DNA of 60,627 nucleotides, taken from contig DCHI01000054.1 of assembly GCA_002314795.1 (NCBI GenBank), forward strand, positions 1-60,627, in the 5' to 3' direction. The notes beneath the pieces are model-generated. The model was not told the DNA's origin. It made no database searches and saw only the letters and a program-made list of their open reading frames with translations. Below, piece after piece: positions 1 to 10,066 of this stretch. Each line of letters starts with the position of its first letter. The first letter of the stretch is position 1. The position numbers and the translations under genes were made by a program. The DNA is from Bacteroidales bacterium UBA1756 (GTDB lineage Bacteria; Bacteroidota; Bacteroidia; Bacteroidales; WCHB1-69).

Positions 1-1
1 A

Positions 2-163
2 TTTCGAATCTGGGCAACAAGAGTTCTAAAAGATTATCTATTGAAAGGATACGTTATTTCTCAAAGGGTGGACAGAATTGAAAATCAAGTTTATACGTTG
101 ACACATCAGTTACAAACACTTCTCCAGATCGCCCTTCCACATTGCTCGCAAAAAAATCAATAG
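2..163 (+). CDS. 3' fragment of a RhuM-family (virulence/Fic-associated) protein, truncated by the window edge
   Basis: The open frame from nt 2 reads FRIWATRVLKDYLLKGYVISQRVDRIENQVYTL...KNQ and stops at TAG 161-163. The FR(I/Q)WAT-VLK-YL-KGY motif is what I recall from RhuM-family C-termini. This rests on memory only. Confidence 0.4.
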   Translation, partial: FRIWATRVLKDYLLKGYVISQRVDRIENQVYTLTHQLQTLLQIALPHCSQKNQ

Positions 164-247
164 AATGTAGAATGAAAATGAAATTCAACTATTTTGCAGG
201 CATCAGGATTTTCCAGTTTACTATTTACACCCTTATTTCAGGCAATT

Positions 248-3200
248 TTATAAAACCGTGATGGTACCGGTGCGTATGAACTCTGTTCCGTTGTAGTTGG
301 TGTATCTGATGCGGTAGGCATAAACGCAGTTGTTGAATACCTTTCCTTTGTAATCCCCATACCATTTGAAATGCTTGTCATTGCTTTCAAAGATAGCCTG
401 GCCCCATCGGTTATAGATGATAATTTCAAAGTCATTGATTTGTCGTTCAGAATACTGCGGGATATAGAAGTAGTCATTGATTCCATTCGGGTTAGTGGGG
501 GTGATGGTATTGGGCAGATACAGTTCGAACTCACATACGGGTATGAAGATTTGGTTGGTGGAGACACATCCTCCCTGACTGGCTGTGACAGAATAGGTTC
601 CGGAATGCAATACCGTGATTTGTTGGGTGATTTCCCCTGTGCTCCACGTGATGTTTGTCATATCGGTTTGTGCGAGCAGGTCGGCGGAGAAGTCGGCGCA
701 CGGGTCGTCGGTAAGCATAACAATCTGGAGGGAATTATCAATGCTGTGTACGGTCATCACCACGATGCTGTCCGCCCCGTTGGATGCGGGGAACACAACA
801 GACTGCGTGCCATCCTCAGTGAAGGTCATCGCATTCCATACAAACGGCAAGTCGTCGGAGCAAAGCGTGGTGTCGGCTTCTATAGTCACGTTAAACAGCA
901 CATTCAGGTGCAGGATGAGGGTGCTGTCGCAACCAGCGGCGGTGACGGAATGGTAGTAGTAGTCTCCAGGCTCGTTGTGAACGGTACCGTTGAAGATATA
1001 GGGTAGTTCGTTCTCAAGCACGGTGACATCCATATCCACATACACGTTGGGGGTGACTGTGAGCGAGAGTGTCAGGATGCTGTCGCAACCATATTCCGAT
1101 GTATAGGCGAATTCCACGGTGGAAGATTCCGGGGTGCCTTCCTCGAAGGTGTAGTTAAGGTAGGTATAGGGGAGATCGCTTTCGCAGATGGTGAGCGAGT
1201 CAGTGAGGTGGTAGGTCGGATGGATGGTGAGGTGCAGCGTGACAATGGAATCACAGCCATACATATCGGTCAGAATTTGGGTGTAGTCGCCAGACTCATC
1301 ATAGGTGTTCCCGTTCCATTCGTAACTGTCGCAGGCGATTTCTGTGATTTCGGTACTGTCTGTGAAATGTACAGCAACGGTCATCGTCACGGTGCTGTCG
1401 CAACCGCTGACAGATTGCAGCACAACGGTTTGTGTGCCTTCCTCAAGGAATGTCAATCCATTCCATATCATAGGCATATTGCTTTCGCATACAATGCTAT
1501 CCACGTTCACATTGTAGGTGGGTGGCACGGTCAGATTCATCACTACGGTGCTGTCTACACCATTGGAGGCGGTGAGCACCACATTCTGTGTGCTTGCTTC
1601 TGTAAAGGTGACTCCGTTCCACGTTATGGGCATCTCATTGTCGCAGACCGCGCTGTCGGCTTCGGTCGTCACATTATAGAGCACCGCTACATTCACGGTA
1701 AGGATGCTGTCGCAGCCGTTGGCATTTGTGAGGTGCTGGATGTATGTGCCTTCTTCGGTGTATGTTTCCCCGTTGACCGTCAGCGGCAGGTTGTTTTCAA
1801 TAACGGTGAAGTCTGATGTGCCGTAGGTGGTGGGGATGACGATCAATGTCATCACTATGGTGCTGTCCACGCCGTTGGCAGCTGTGAGTACAGCAGACTG
1901 CGTGCCCGCACCAGTGAAGGAGATGTCGTTCCAAACAAGAGGAAGTTGGCTTTCGCAGAGGGTGCTGTCAACTTCGTCCGTTACGTTGTAAAGCACGATT
2001 ACATTCACGGTAAGAATGCTGTCACAACCGTTGGCATTGGTGATATGTTGCGTGTATTGGCCTTCATTGGCAATGGCCTCGCCATTCAATGTCAGCGGTA
2101 GGTCGTTTTCAAGCACGGTGGTGTCTATTGTGCCGTAAGTGGTGGAAATTACATTCAATGTCATCACTACGGTGCTGTCCACACCCGTGGAGGCAGTGAG
2201 TACAGCATTTTGCGTGCCGGCTTCGGTGAAAGTGATTCCGTTCCACGTCAGGGGCATCTCATTGTCGCAGACCACGCTGTCGGCTTCGGTCGTCACATTA
2301 TAGAGCACCGTTACATTCACGGTCAGAATACTGTCGCAGCCATTGGCATTGGTGAGGTGCTGGGTGTACGTGCCTTCTTCGGTGTAAGTCTCCCCGTTGA
2401 CCGTCAGTGGCAGGTTGTTTTCAATAACGGTAAAGTCTGATGTGCCGTAGGTGGTGGGAATGACAGTGAGGGTCATCGCTATGGTGCTGTCTACGCCAGT
2501 GGAGGCGGTCAGTGTCGTACTTTGTGTTCCTGCCTCGGTGAAAGTCACTCCCTCCCAGACGACGGGCAGTTCGCTTTCGCAAACAGTGCTATCCACTTCG
2601 GTGGTGATGTTGTAGAGTATGGTCACGGTGATGGAGAGGATGCTGTCGCAGCCGTCGGCATTTAGCAGGTTCTGAGTGTATTGGCCTTCACCGGCAATGG
2701 CCTCGCCATTCAATGTCAGCGGTAGGTTGTTTTCAAGTACGGTGGTGTCTAATGTGCCGTAGGTGGTGGGAATCACATTCAATGTCATCACCACTGTGCT
2801 GTCCACTCCGTTGGCGGCAGTGAGTACAGCGTTTTGCGTGCCGGCTTCGGTGAAAGTCACCCCGTTCCAGATGAGGGGAAATTGGCTTTCGCAGATGGTG
2901 CTGTCGGCTTCAGCCGTTACGTTGTAAAGCACGGTTGCATTCACGGTAAGGATGCTGTCGCAGCCGTCGGCATTTAGTAGGTTTTGCGTGTATTGGCCTT
3001 CATTGGCAATGGTATCGCCATTCAGTGTCAGTGGCAGGTTGTTTTCAAGCACGATTGTGTCTAATGTGCCGTAGGTGGTGGGGATGACGGTCAAAGTCAT
3101 CACTATGGTGCTGTCCACGCCAGTGGAGGCGGTCAGTGTCGTACTTTGTGTTCCTGCCTCGGTGAAGGTTACACCATCCCAGACGACGGGCAGTTCGTTT

Positions 3201-6200
3201 TCGCAAACAGTGCTATCCACTTCGGTGGTGATGTTGTAGAGTATGGTCACGGTGATGGAGAGGATGCTGTCGCAGCCGTCGGCATTGGTCAGGTTTTGGG
3301 TGTAATTGCCTTCTGTCCAAATCGTGTCCCCGTTCAATATCAGCGGCAAGTCGTTTTCCAAAAAGGTGGTGTCCCACGTTCCATAGGTGGTGGAAATCAC
3401 GGCAAGGGTCATTGTAACGGTACTGTCACAGCCACTAACAGATTGCAGTACAGTGGTTTGTGTGCTTGCTTCGGTGAAGAATACTCCGTTCCACTCAAAG
3501 GGAAGTTGGCTCTCGCAGAGGGTGCTGTCGTCGCTAACACTATAGGTGGGCGGCACGGAGAGTGTCATCACTACGGTGCTGTCTACACCGGTGGAGGCAG
3601 TGAGTACAGCGTTTTGCGTGCCGGCTTCGGTGAAGGTCACGCCGTTCCAGATGAAGGGCAGCTCGTTGTCGCAGGCAACGCTGTCGGCTTCGGTCGTCAC
3701 ATTGTAGAACACGGTCACATTCACTGTCAGAATACTGTCGCACTCGTTAGCATTGACAAGATGTTGGGTGTAACTACCGGTTTCGATGTATTCTTCTCCG
3801 TTCACGGTCAAGGGTAGGTCATTTTCAATAACGGTGGTGTCTATTGTTCCGAAGGTGGTGTCTATCACCAGCACGGTCATTATGACGGTGCTGTCCACGT
3901 TGTTGGATGCCGTCAAGGTGATACTCTGCGTGCCGGCTTCGGTGAAGGTTACGCCGTTCCATACGTAGGGAATGGCGCTGCTACAGATGGTTATTTCCAC
4001 TTCGGTGGTTACATTGTTGAAAATGGTCACGTTGACGGAAAGAATGCTGTCGCATCCGTCAGCGTTGGTGAGGTGCTGGATGTACTCGCCTGATTCATAT
4101 AAAGTGTCTCCGTTCAGAATCAGCGGCAGGTCGTTTTCAAGCACGGTGGTGTCTATTGTGCCGTAAGTGGTGGGGATTGTGTGAAGGTTCATAGTCACAA
4201 TACTGTCAGTGGCATTGGAGGCTATGAGGGTGGCCACCTGAGTGCCCGCTTCGGTAAAGGTGACGTTGTTCCAGATGATGGGAAGTTCGCTTTCACAGAG
4301 GGTACTGTCCTGCGTTACCTCTGTATTATAAAGTACCGTCAGGTTGATGGTGAGCGTGCTGTCGCAGCCGTCGGTATTTAGCAGGTGCTGGGTGTAGGTG
4401 CCTGCACTGTTGTAGGCCGTTTCGTTAATTTCGTAGGGGAGAAGGTTTTCTATGATGGTCAGGGAGATTTCCCCATCAGTGAGCTCCAGAATATGCAAGG
4501 TCATAAAGACAACACTGTCGCAACCCCGTTCGGTTTGCAGTACGGCCTGTTGTGTTCCGGCATCTTCAAAAACGACCTCGTTCCATACAAAGGGGAGTTC
4601 ATTCCGACAGAGGGTACTGTCCACACGGCTTGTGTCGGAATAATGTACGGTAAGATGGATGGTTACCACACTGTCGCAGCCCTTCTGGTTAGTGAAATTT
4701 TGTGTATAGTCACCTGAATATATGTATGATGAATCATTCCATACCAATATATCGCATACGGTGGAGTCGATATCAATTTGGTGGGTTTCAAGGGTGAAGA
4801 TTGTTAGACTGACCACACTGTCGCATCCCATTTGTGAAAGGAGAGGTATATCGTAGCTGCCAGCTGAATCAAGCAAAGTGGCGTGATAGGAATAGGGAAA
4901 TTCGTTGTCACAGATGATGATCGTGTCGAAAGTGTGATAGATGGGGAGTCTCACGATGGCAAGGACGGTGGTGCTGTCGCATCCTCTCATAGTAACATCT
5001 TGATGGTAGAACAAGTCATTGGTGTCCGACACATTGTCTACCACGAAACCATATCCTTCGTAGTGACTTTCGTTGGCACAGATGGTGTCGACAATCTGGA
5101 TATAGCTGTAGTTTTGTGGATGAATTTCCATCTTCAAGGTGGTGTCTCCGCATCGGTTTTGGCCGGACACCTCTATGATGTATGATTCTGCATAGTTCTC
5201 GAACAGAAGGGTGATATGATAGTCGTCCGGTTGCTCCCAGATGGTGAGGCTGTCGGGTATAGACCAACTTATCCCCTGTAGTCCAGAAAGGGGGTCAAGG
5301 GTGTAGGTAAACATCTCTCCGAGACAGGGATACATTTCTCCTTCAATATCGGGGATGTTCTCCGTGTTCGGAGTGACGTGCAAGGTGAGATACACCATAC
5401 TGTCGCATAGACCTGACGGGGTGGGGATGACGAGAGTGTCCTCGATGATGCCAGGTTCCGCTGTGTGAATGTTGAAGCCATATCCGGTATAAAGGTTGTT
5501 CTCGCAGATGGTGTCGGAGATGTAACGATGGTTGTTCATCACTTCCAACTCCAAAATGTAGGTGCTGTCGCAGTAGTGGTTTTCCAGCGGCACGATGCGT
5601 GTGTGGGTGAAATGTCCCGCCTCGTCGGGCAGGATTTCAAAACCATATTCAACATATAAGACACCTTGGCAAACTGTGTCGTAATAGGTGGCGGTAAGTC
5701 CGTCGATAATGTTGACGCGTGTGTGAAGGTTGGTGCAGAAGACACTTTCTCCATTGGAGATAAAGAGCGTTGCCGTAACGGTGTAGTTGCCGCCAGTCTC
5801 GTAGGAGTGAGTTGCGGCAATGTCGTTGATAATGGATGTTGAGTCACCGAAATCCCACAAGACACTGTCGCAGACGTAATTGACTTCGACACGGAAGTCG
5901 ATGGGTTCGTATGGACAATAGAACTGATCAGCAGGGATGTCGGAATTCAACACATTGTTCACATATAGCTGTTCCCTTAGAGGAACTGCTTTTGAACCGG
6001 CGGCGTAACCGTAGGATTCGTGGTGCCCGAGTCCGTATACGTGAGCGATGAATCCCTCTTCACTGAATAGCCGGTGTGTGCCGGGAGTGATGATTTTTTT
6101 GACGAAAGCGAATTGCGGATTGCCTACCAATGATGTGAATTCGCCTCCTATCGGTGTGTTATCCAGCGTGATGTCATCAAGAGCGGAAAGAGGAACCACA

Positions 6201-9200
6201 ATGTTTACATAATGGCTGGAAATGCCAGGCGACTGGAAGGTGGCGAATGTCAAGTCGCTCATCTTCTGTTCAACGGGCGGAATCCATATCATTGACGGAT
6301 CGCTCATCTCCTGGCTGTTGCCTTGTACAGCACCAGCAATGTAGAGATAGACTCCGGCGGGGTTGGTGGTCTCCAAATAGCAGGAACCTTCGTTTCCCTG
6401 CAATTGGAATTCGTAGGTTTCTCCTGCTTGAATCGTGGAGAGCAGCACGTTATTTTTCTTAATCTCCGTGTTGTTGCGTAATGCGGTTACACGCACCACG
6501 TCAAAGTTCTGTCCTCTTGTGGTGGTGAGGGCAAATTCCCGTCCCCAGTATTTTACGCCGATGGCCTGTTCCACCAAGTGGTCTGTGTAGGAGTTTGTGG
6601 CGGGAACAAGGGCACAGACATTACCGTTGAAAACGGCTATCGGTTTATTATACAGCGATTTGATGACAGTTCCTGAAAGATCACCCATAGTACCTCCATA
6701 TTGCGAAAGCCCCAAATAGGTCTGTCCGCGCTGGAGGGTGACAGAGAAGGTCTGGCGGGCGCTATGTCCGTTTTGTAGTGCTTTTGACGGGGTGATTTCC
6801 ACCACGGTGTTGTCTTCCGTTGCCACAACGACAAACTCGGCATTCATCATCGGGATGTAGGTCTGTAATAGGTATTCATCTGCCAGTGCGTTGACGGGCA
6901 GAACGTCAGTGACATCAAAACTGTTGTTGTTGTAATTGGCGGCGTATACCGACACGCTATCGTTCGCTTCTACGAGGATGCCATAGTTGCCAGCGTTGTC
7001 TGCTTCGGGCGGGTATGCCTGTGCGGTGGGAATGGAGACGGTGGTCACGCTGTGGGCGCCCACGCTGAAAGGCACCTGCCATCCTGTGCGCGGGTTGCTC
7101 ACTGTGCCGGAGCAGGCACGCTCTGCCGAAATCTGCACGGTAAGTGTGGGCGTGCGGAAATGGTTCTTCAAATAACTGAACCAGAATGTTTTGCCAATGG
7201 ATGACGGCGTGCCTAAGGTGTCGGCTAAAGATATGGATGGAATGACGTGGATGGTGGCGGTGTCCACGCATTCGCCACCGTTGGAAGCCACCACGGTGTA
7301 GTTGGTGGAAATGAGCGGCATCACCTCCAACTCATTGGTGTCTTCGTTGGTGTGCGACCAGTAATAGTGCTGTGCCCCTGGAGTGGCTTGCAACAGAATG
7401 TAGTACCCTTGGCAGTTGTCTGCGGTCACTTCGGTGGCAGTGAGTGAGATGCTTACATTGTGGAACGAGTATTCATAGGCACCCTGGTCCACAATGTTGG
7501 CACAGGAGATGCGCGGATCTTCTTTCAAGTCAAGTTCCCAGCTCACATATTGGTTGTCGCCGGCATCGATGGCGGGCGAGTTCTCCATCAGTGAGTAGTC
7601 GCTGGTGATGTCCACAAACACATCGGGCGTGTCCTCCAACATATTGTGCGAACCCGTGGTGGTGCCGATGTAGTTCTGCGCGTGCCCAGGATTGTTGATA
7701 ATAATGTTATTATATAGGTATAGATGATGGAGGGTGTCAACTTCATGCACCGCGGCTAATTCCGTTGTGTCTTCATCCTCTACAAACTGCTCGTATGCAC
7801 CGATGTCGATGATTTCGGCCATTATGCGCGGATGTTCGGCAAGGTCAACATTCAAAGAATTGCAGGCATTTTCACCCGTGTTGATGGCAATGCTCCCAGG
7901 AAGTGGGAAGTAGTTGTAAATGTTATGGGTGAATATGGAGTCGTTATCCTCTAAAATATTGTTCGCGGGGGCATTGAGAACGTTGGTGTTAATGGCGAAA
8001 ATGCAGTTGTTGATGACGATGTTGTTGCACAAATTCAACTCCACAGATGCATTTCTCGAGACAATATAGAAGGTGTCGGTTTCCGGTATGTTCATTTTGA
8101 ATTCAAATGCACCCACATCAATGGTGTCGTCAATGATACGCTGTTCATTGGCAATGTCTTCCGCTAACGAGCAGCAGTCGTTGTTGCCGGCGTTTACGGC
8201 AGCTGACTGTATCCAGAGAGAGAAGTCGTAGTTGGGGTCTCGGAAGAGGTCAAGACTGTCGGAAACGATGTTGTATGCCGGTATCTCGTCAAGGTTTGTT
8301 AGGGCAGTGTGGGTAGGGTTGTTGACAATGATGTTGTTGCAAAGGATGAGATTTCCCTCCTCCATCTGGTGCAGCACGTATGTGGTCTGCAAGGTATCGT
8401 CCTCTTCTTCAACGTATTGTTCAAATGCACCGTAATCAATGATCTCCTGCGCGATTCGAGGATCGCCTTTCAAATCAATGTCCAGACTGTTGCAGCCATT
8501 TTCTCCCACGTTGATGGCAATGGATTCGGAGCGGGGAAGAAAGTTTTCCAAATTGTTGATGAAAAGGGAGTCGTTATCGGTGAAAAGGTTGGTGGTAGAA
8601 TCACCGCGGGGCGTGACATTGGAGGCGTAAATGCAGTTGTTGATGACGATGTTGTTGCACAGAATCAGGGTGTCACCCGGAATCTGGTTGACGATGATAT
8701 GGTTGTAGCCGTAATCGCTGCCGCTGCCGTCACCGCCGCCGCCACCACCGCCACCACCGATGTCGTTGTTTTGTACGGGAATCTCAAATGCACCGACTTC
8801 AATGGCCATACCCAGGATACGATCTACGGTGTCGATGTCGGTACTGAGGCCGTTGCAAGCATTGAGGCCGGCATCCACCGCTGGGGAACCATTGTAGGGC
8901 TTGAAATTGTAGTTGGGATCGCAAAAGAGTGACACGCTGTCCGACAGGATGTTATTGTTTGGTACATCCGCAATGTTTGTCATCGACTCGTGGACTGGAT
9001 TGTTGATGATGATGTTGTTGCAGAGAGAGAGTGCCCCGTGACTGACTTGATGCACTGCATAGTGCTGATAGGTGGATGTCGCATCCTCCACATACTGTTC
9101 GAATGCGCCGATGTCGATGCAGTTACCCATAATGCGGTCGTTGTCGGCAAGGTCTTTTGCCACGCTGTTGCAGCCGTCTGAACCGTGGTCTATTGCCTCC

Positions 9201-10066
9201 GACCCCTCCTGTGGCATAAAATTCTCCACGTTGTCTACAAACAGAGAATCGTTGTCGGTGAATATGTTGTTGGAACCTGTCGTGGTGACGTTGGTGTTGC
9301 TGGCATAAACGCTGTTGTTGATGTCGATGTTGTTGCAGAGGGTCAGGCTCACGCCGTTGTTGCGTGACACGATGTGAACGGGCTCTACGGTGAAAGTTTC
9401 GCTGTAGTGCTCGAATGCACCGAGGTCAATGATATTAGAGACAATTCGCTGTTTATCGCGTAAATCGGTGGGGAGCGGGTTGCAGTTGTTGCGGCCTGCA
9501 TTCACTGCAGGCGAGCTGGCATAGAGGGTGAAGTCATACAGGGCATCTCGGAAGACATCGGCATTGTCGGCAATGATGTTTTCCGCCGGTACATCATCTC
9601 TGTTGATAGGCGCAGTATGCAACGGGTTGTTGATAACAATGTTGTTGCATAGCGTGAGATTTCCGCTTGCCATCTGATGAATGGCGAACTGCCGCAGAAC
9701 TGTGGAAACCGGCGACTCGAACGCTCCCAGATCTACTATCCCGTTGACGATGCGGAGACTGTCGCCCAAGTCCACCGACCACGTTGCGGCAGAAGAGAGA
9801 CCCGCATCTATGGCAGGGGAGTGGAGGTTCAGCCGAAAGTCTTCTGTCTCATCCATAAAGATATCGTTGACGTTGTCAATGAGGTTGTAGGCTGGTGCAG
9901 TGACGTTGAGGTTGTTGCCGTTGTTGACAATGATGTTGTTGGTCAGACGAAGGTTTCCCCCGTTCTCAATGAAGAACGCGGAACCCGTCTGGGCGAGAAG
10001 GCGAGGTGCCATCGCTACAAGCAGGAATAGCAGCAGGATATATTTTGTTACTCTCGTCTTCATCAT
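248..10066 (-). CDS. Giant (3272 aa) cell-surface adhesin-like protein with T9SS type B (gliding-motility) C-terminal sorting domain
   Basis: Signal peptide MMKTRVTKYILLLFLLVAMAPRLLAQ. Eight ~110-aa beta-helix-type modules each end in D[ILV]GA[FY]E (choice-of-anchor-Q-like). A Gly8 linker follows, then an IgGFc-binding-N-like region (GKTFWFSYL ... DPSMIWIPP) and a PKD-like segment (WDFGDS...GNYTVTA). About 30 Cys-bracketed ~52-aa modules come next (count estimated from length/period). The last ~90 aa (LPNTITPTNPNGINDYF...IYNRWGQAIF...RTGTITVL) fit the type B CTD pattern. Confidence 0.9.
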   Translation of the reverse strand: MMKTRVTKYILLLFLLVAMAPRLLAQTGSAFFIENGGNLRLTNNIIVNNGNNLNVTAPAYNLIDNVNDIFMDETEDFRLNLHSPAIDAGLSSAATWSVDLGDSLRIVNGIVDLGAFESPVSTVLRQFAIHQMASGNLTLCNNIVINNPLHTAPINRDDVPAENIIADNADVFRDALYDFTLYASSPAVNAGRNNCNPLPTDLRDKQRIVSNIIDLGAFEHYSETFTVEPVHIVSRNNGVSLTLCNNIDINNSVYASNTNVTTTGSNNIFTDNDSLFVDNVENFMPQEGSEAIDHGSDGCNSVAKDLADNDRIMGNCIDIGAFEQYVEDATSTYQHYAVHQVSHGALSLCNNIIINNPVHESMTNIADVPNNNILSDSVSLFCDPNYNFKPYNGSPAVDAGLNACNGLSTDIDTVDRILGMAIEVGAFEIPVQNNDIGGGGGGGGGDGSGSDYGYNHIIVNQIPGDTLILCNNIVINNCIYASNVTPRGDSTTNLFTDNDSLFINNLENFLPRSESIAINVGENGCNSLDIDLKGDPRIAQEIIDYGAFEQYVEEEDDTLQTTYVLHQMEEGNLILCNNIIVNNPTHTALTNLDEIPAYNIVSDSLDLFRDPNYDFSLWIQSAAVNAGNNDCCSLAEDIANEQRIIDDTIDVGAFEFKMNIPETDTFYIVSRNASVELNLCNNIVINNCIFAINTNVLNAPANNILEDNDSIFTHNIYNYFPLPGSIAINTGENACNSLNVDLAEHPRIMAEIIDIGAYEQFVEDEDTTELAAVHEVDTLHHLYLYNNIIINNPGHAQNYIGTTTGSHNMLEDTPDVFVDITSDYSLMENSPAIDAGDNQYVSWELDLKEDPRISCANIVDQGAYEYSFHNVSISLTATEVTADNCQGYYILLQATPGAQHYYWSHTNEDTNELEVMPLISTNYTVVASNGGECVDTATIHVIPSISLADTLGTPSSIGKTFWFSYLKNHFRTPTLTVQISAERACSGTVSNPRTGWQVPFSVGAHSVTTVSIPTAQAYPPEADNAGNYGILVEANDSVSVYAANYNNNSFDVTDVLPVNALADEYLLQTYIPMMNAEFVVVATEDNTVVEITPSKALQNGHSARQTFSVTLQRGQTYLGLSQYGGTMGDLSGTVIKSLYNKPIAVFNGNVCALVPATNSYTDHLVEQAIGVKYWGREFALTTTRGQNFDVVRVTALRNNTEIKKNNVLLSTIQAGETYEFQLQGNEGSCYLETTNPAGVYLYIAGAVQGNSQEMSDPSMIWIPPVEQKMSDLTFATFQSPGISSHYVNIVVPLSALDDITLDNTPIGGEFTSLVGNPQFAFVKKIITPGTHRLFSEEGFIAHVYGLGHHESYGYAAGSKAVPLREQLYVNNVLNSDIPADQFYCPYEPIDFRVEVNYVCDSVLWDFGDSTSIINDIAATHSYETGGNYTVTATLFISNGESVFCTNLHTRVNIIDGLTATYYDTVCQGVLYVEYGFEILPDEAGHFTHTRIVPLENHYCDSTYILELEVMNNHRYISDTICENNLYTGYGFNIHTAEPGIIEDTLVIPTPSGLCDSMVYLTLHVTPNTENIPDIEGEMYPCLGEMFTYTLDPLSGLQGISWSIPDSLTIWEQPDDYHITLLFENYAESYIIEVSGQNRCGDTTLKMEIHPQNYSYIQIVDTICANESHYEGYGFVVDNVSDTNDLFYHQDVTMRGCDSTTVLAIVRLPIYHTFDTIIICDNEFPYSYHATLLDSAGSYDIPLLSQMGCDSVVSLTIFTLETHQIDIDSTVCDILVWNDSSYIYSGDYTQNFTNQKGCDSVVTIHLTVHYSDTSRVDSTLCRNELPFVWNEVVFEDAGTQQAVLQTERGCDSVVFMTLHILELTDGEISLTIIENLLPYEINETAYNSAGTYTQHLLNTDGCDSTLTINLTVLYNTEVTQDSTLCESELPIIWNNVTFTEAGTQVATLIASNATDSIVTMNLHTIPTTYGTIDTTVLENDLPLILNGDTLYESGEYIQHLTNADGCDSILSVNVTIFNNVTTEVEITICSSAIPYVWNGVTFTEAGTQSITLTASNNVDSTVIMTVLVIDTTFGTIDTTVIENDLPLTVNGEEYIETGSYTQHLVNANECDSILTVNVTVFYNVTTEADSVACDNELPFIWNGVTFTEAGTQNAVLTASTGVDSTVVMTLSVPPTYSVSDDSTLCESQLPFEWNGVFFTEASTQTTVLQSVSGCDSTVTMTLAVISTTYGTWDTTFLENDLPLILNGDTIWTEGNYTQNLTNADGCDSILSITVTILYNITTEVDSTVCENELPVVWDGVTFTEAGTQSTTLTASTGVDSTIVMTLTVIPTTYGTLDTIVLENNLPLTLNGDTIANEGQYTQNLLNADGCDSILTVNATVLYNVTAEADSTICESQFPLIWNGVTFTEAGTQNAVLTAANGVDSTVVMTLNVIPTTYGTLDTTVLENNLPLTLNGEAIAGEGQYTQNLLNADGCDSILSITVTILYNITTEVDSTVCESELPVVWEGVTFTEAGTQSTTLTASTGVDSTIAMTLTVIPTTYGTSDFTVIENNLPLTVNGETYTEEGTYTQHLTNANGCDSILTVNVTVLYNVTTEADSVVCDNEMPLTWNGITFTEAGTQNAVLTASTGVDSTVVMTLNVISTTYGTIDTTVLENDLPLTLNGEAIANEGQYTQHITNANGCDSILTVNVIVLYNVTDEVDSTLCESQLPLVWNDISFTGAGTQSAVLTAANGVDSTIVMTLIVIPTTYGTSDFTVIENNLPLTVNGETYTEEGTYIQHLTNANGCDSILTVNVAVLYNVTTEADSAVCDNEMPITWNGVTFTEASTQNVVLTASNGVDSTVVMNLTVPPTYNVNVDSIVCESNMPMIWNGLTFLEEGTQTVVLQSVSGCDSTVTMTVAVHFTDSTEITEIACDSYEWNGNTYDESGDYTQILTDMYGCDSIVTLHLTIHPTYHLTDSLTICESDLPYTYLNYTFEEGTPESSTVEFAYTSEYGCDSILTLSLTVTPNVYVDMDVTVLENELPYIFNGTVHNEPGDYYYHSVTAAGCDSTLILHLNVLFNVTIEADTTLCSDDLPFVWNAMTFTEDGTQSVVFPASNGADSIVVMTVHSIDNSLQIVMLTDDPCADFSADLLAQTDMTNITWSTGEITQQITVLHSGTYSVTASQGGCVSTNQIFIPVCEFELYLPNTITPTNPNGINDYFYIPQYSERQINDFEIIIYNRWGQAIFESNDKHFKWYGDYKGKVFNNCVYAYRIRYTNYNGTEFIRTGTITVL
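1500..4330. repeat. Coding tandem repeat array, 312-nt unit (two ~52-aa modules) with 624-nt higher-order periodicity
   Basis: The string cagtggaggcggtcagtgtcgtactttgtgttcctgcctcggtgaa occurs at 2498-2543 and again at 3122-3167, an offset of 624 nt. Flanking sequence of about 200 nt is >90% identical by eye. The protein shows alternating units DST.CE.ELP..WNGVTFTEAGTQ... and TTYGT.DTTV.EN.LPL.LNG.....G.YTQ.L.NA.GCDSIL, about 9 pairs. Confidence 0.85.

Noticed and set aside
1500-4330. The 312/624-nt tandem repeats might be a non-coding satellite or a mobile element.
   Set aside because: They are in frame within the adhesin ORF and encode a conserved Cys-bracketed module, so this is a coding repeat.
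371-10030. There are dozens of 60-220-aa ORFs on the plus strand and in alternative minus frames inside the adhesin gene, for example 371-1006, 1208-1816, 3146-3817, 8309-8932 and 9677-10030.
   Set aside because: All lie fully inside a 9.8-kb ORF with clear domain structure. They are shadow frames of repeat-rich, GC-rich coding DNA, and their translations are low-complexity (G/V/H/D-rich) with no signal or family features.
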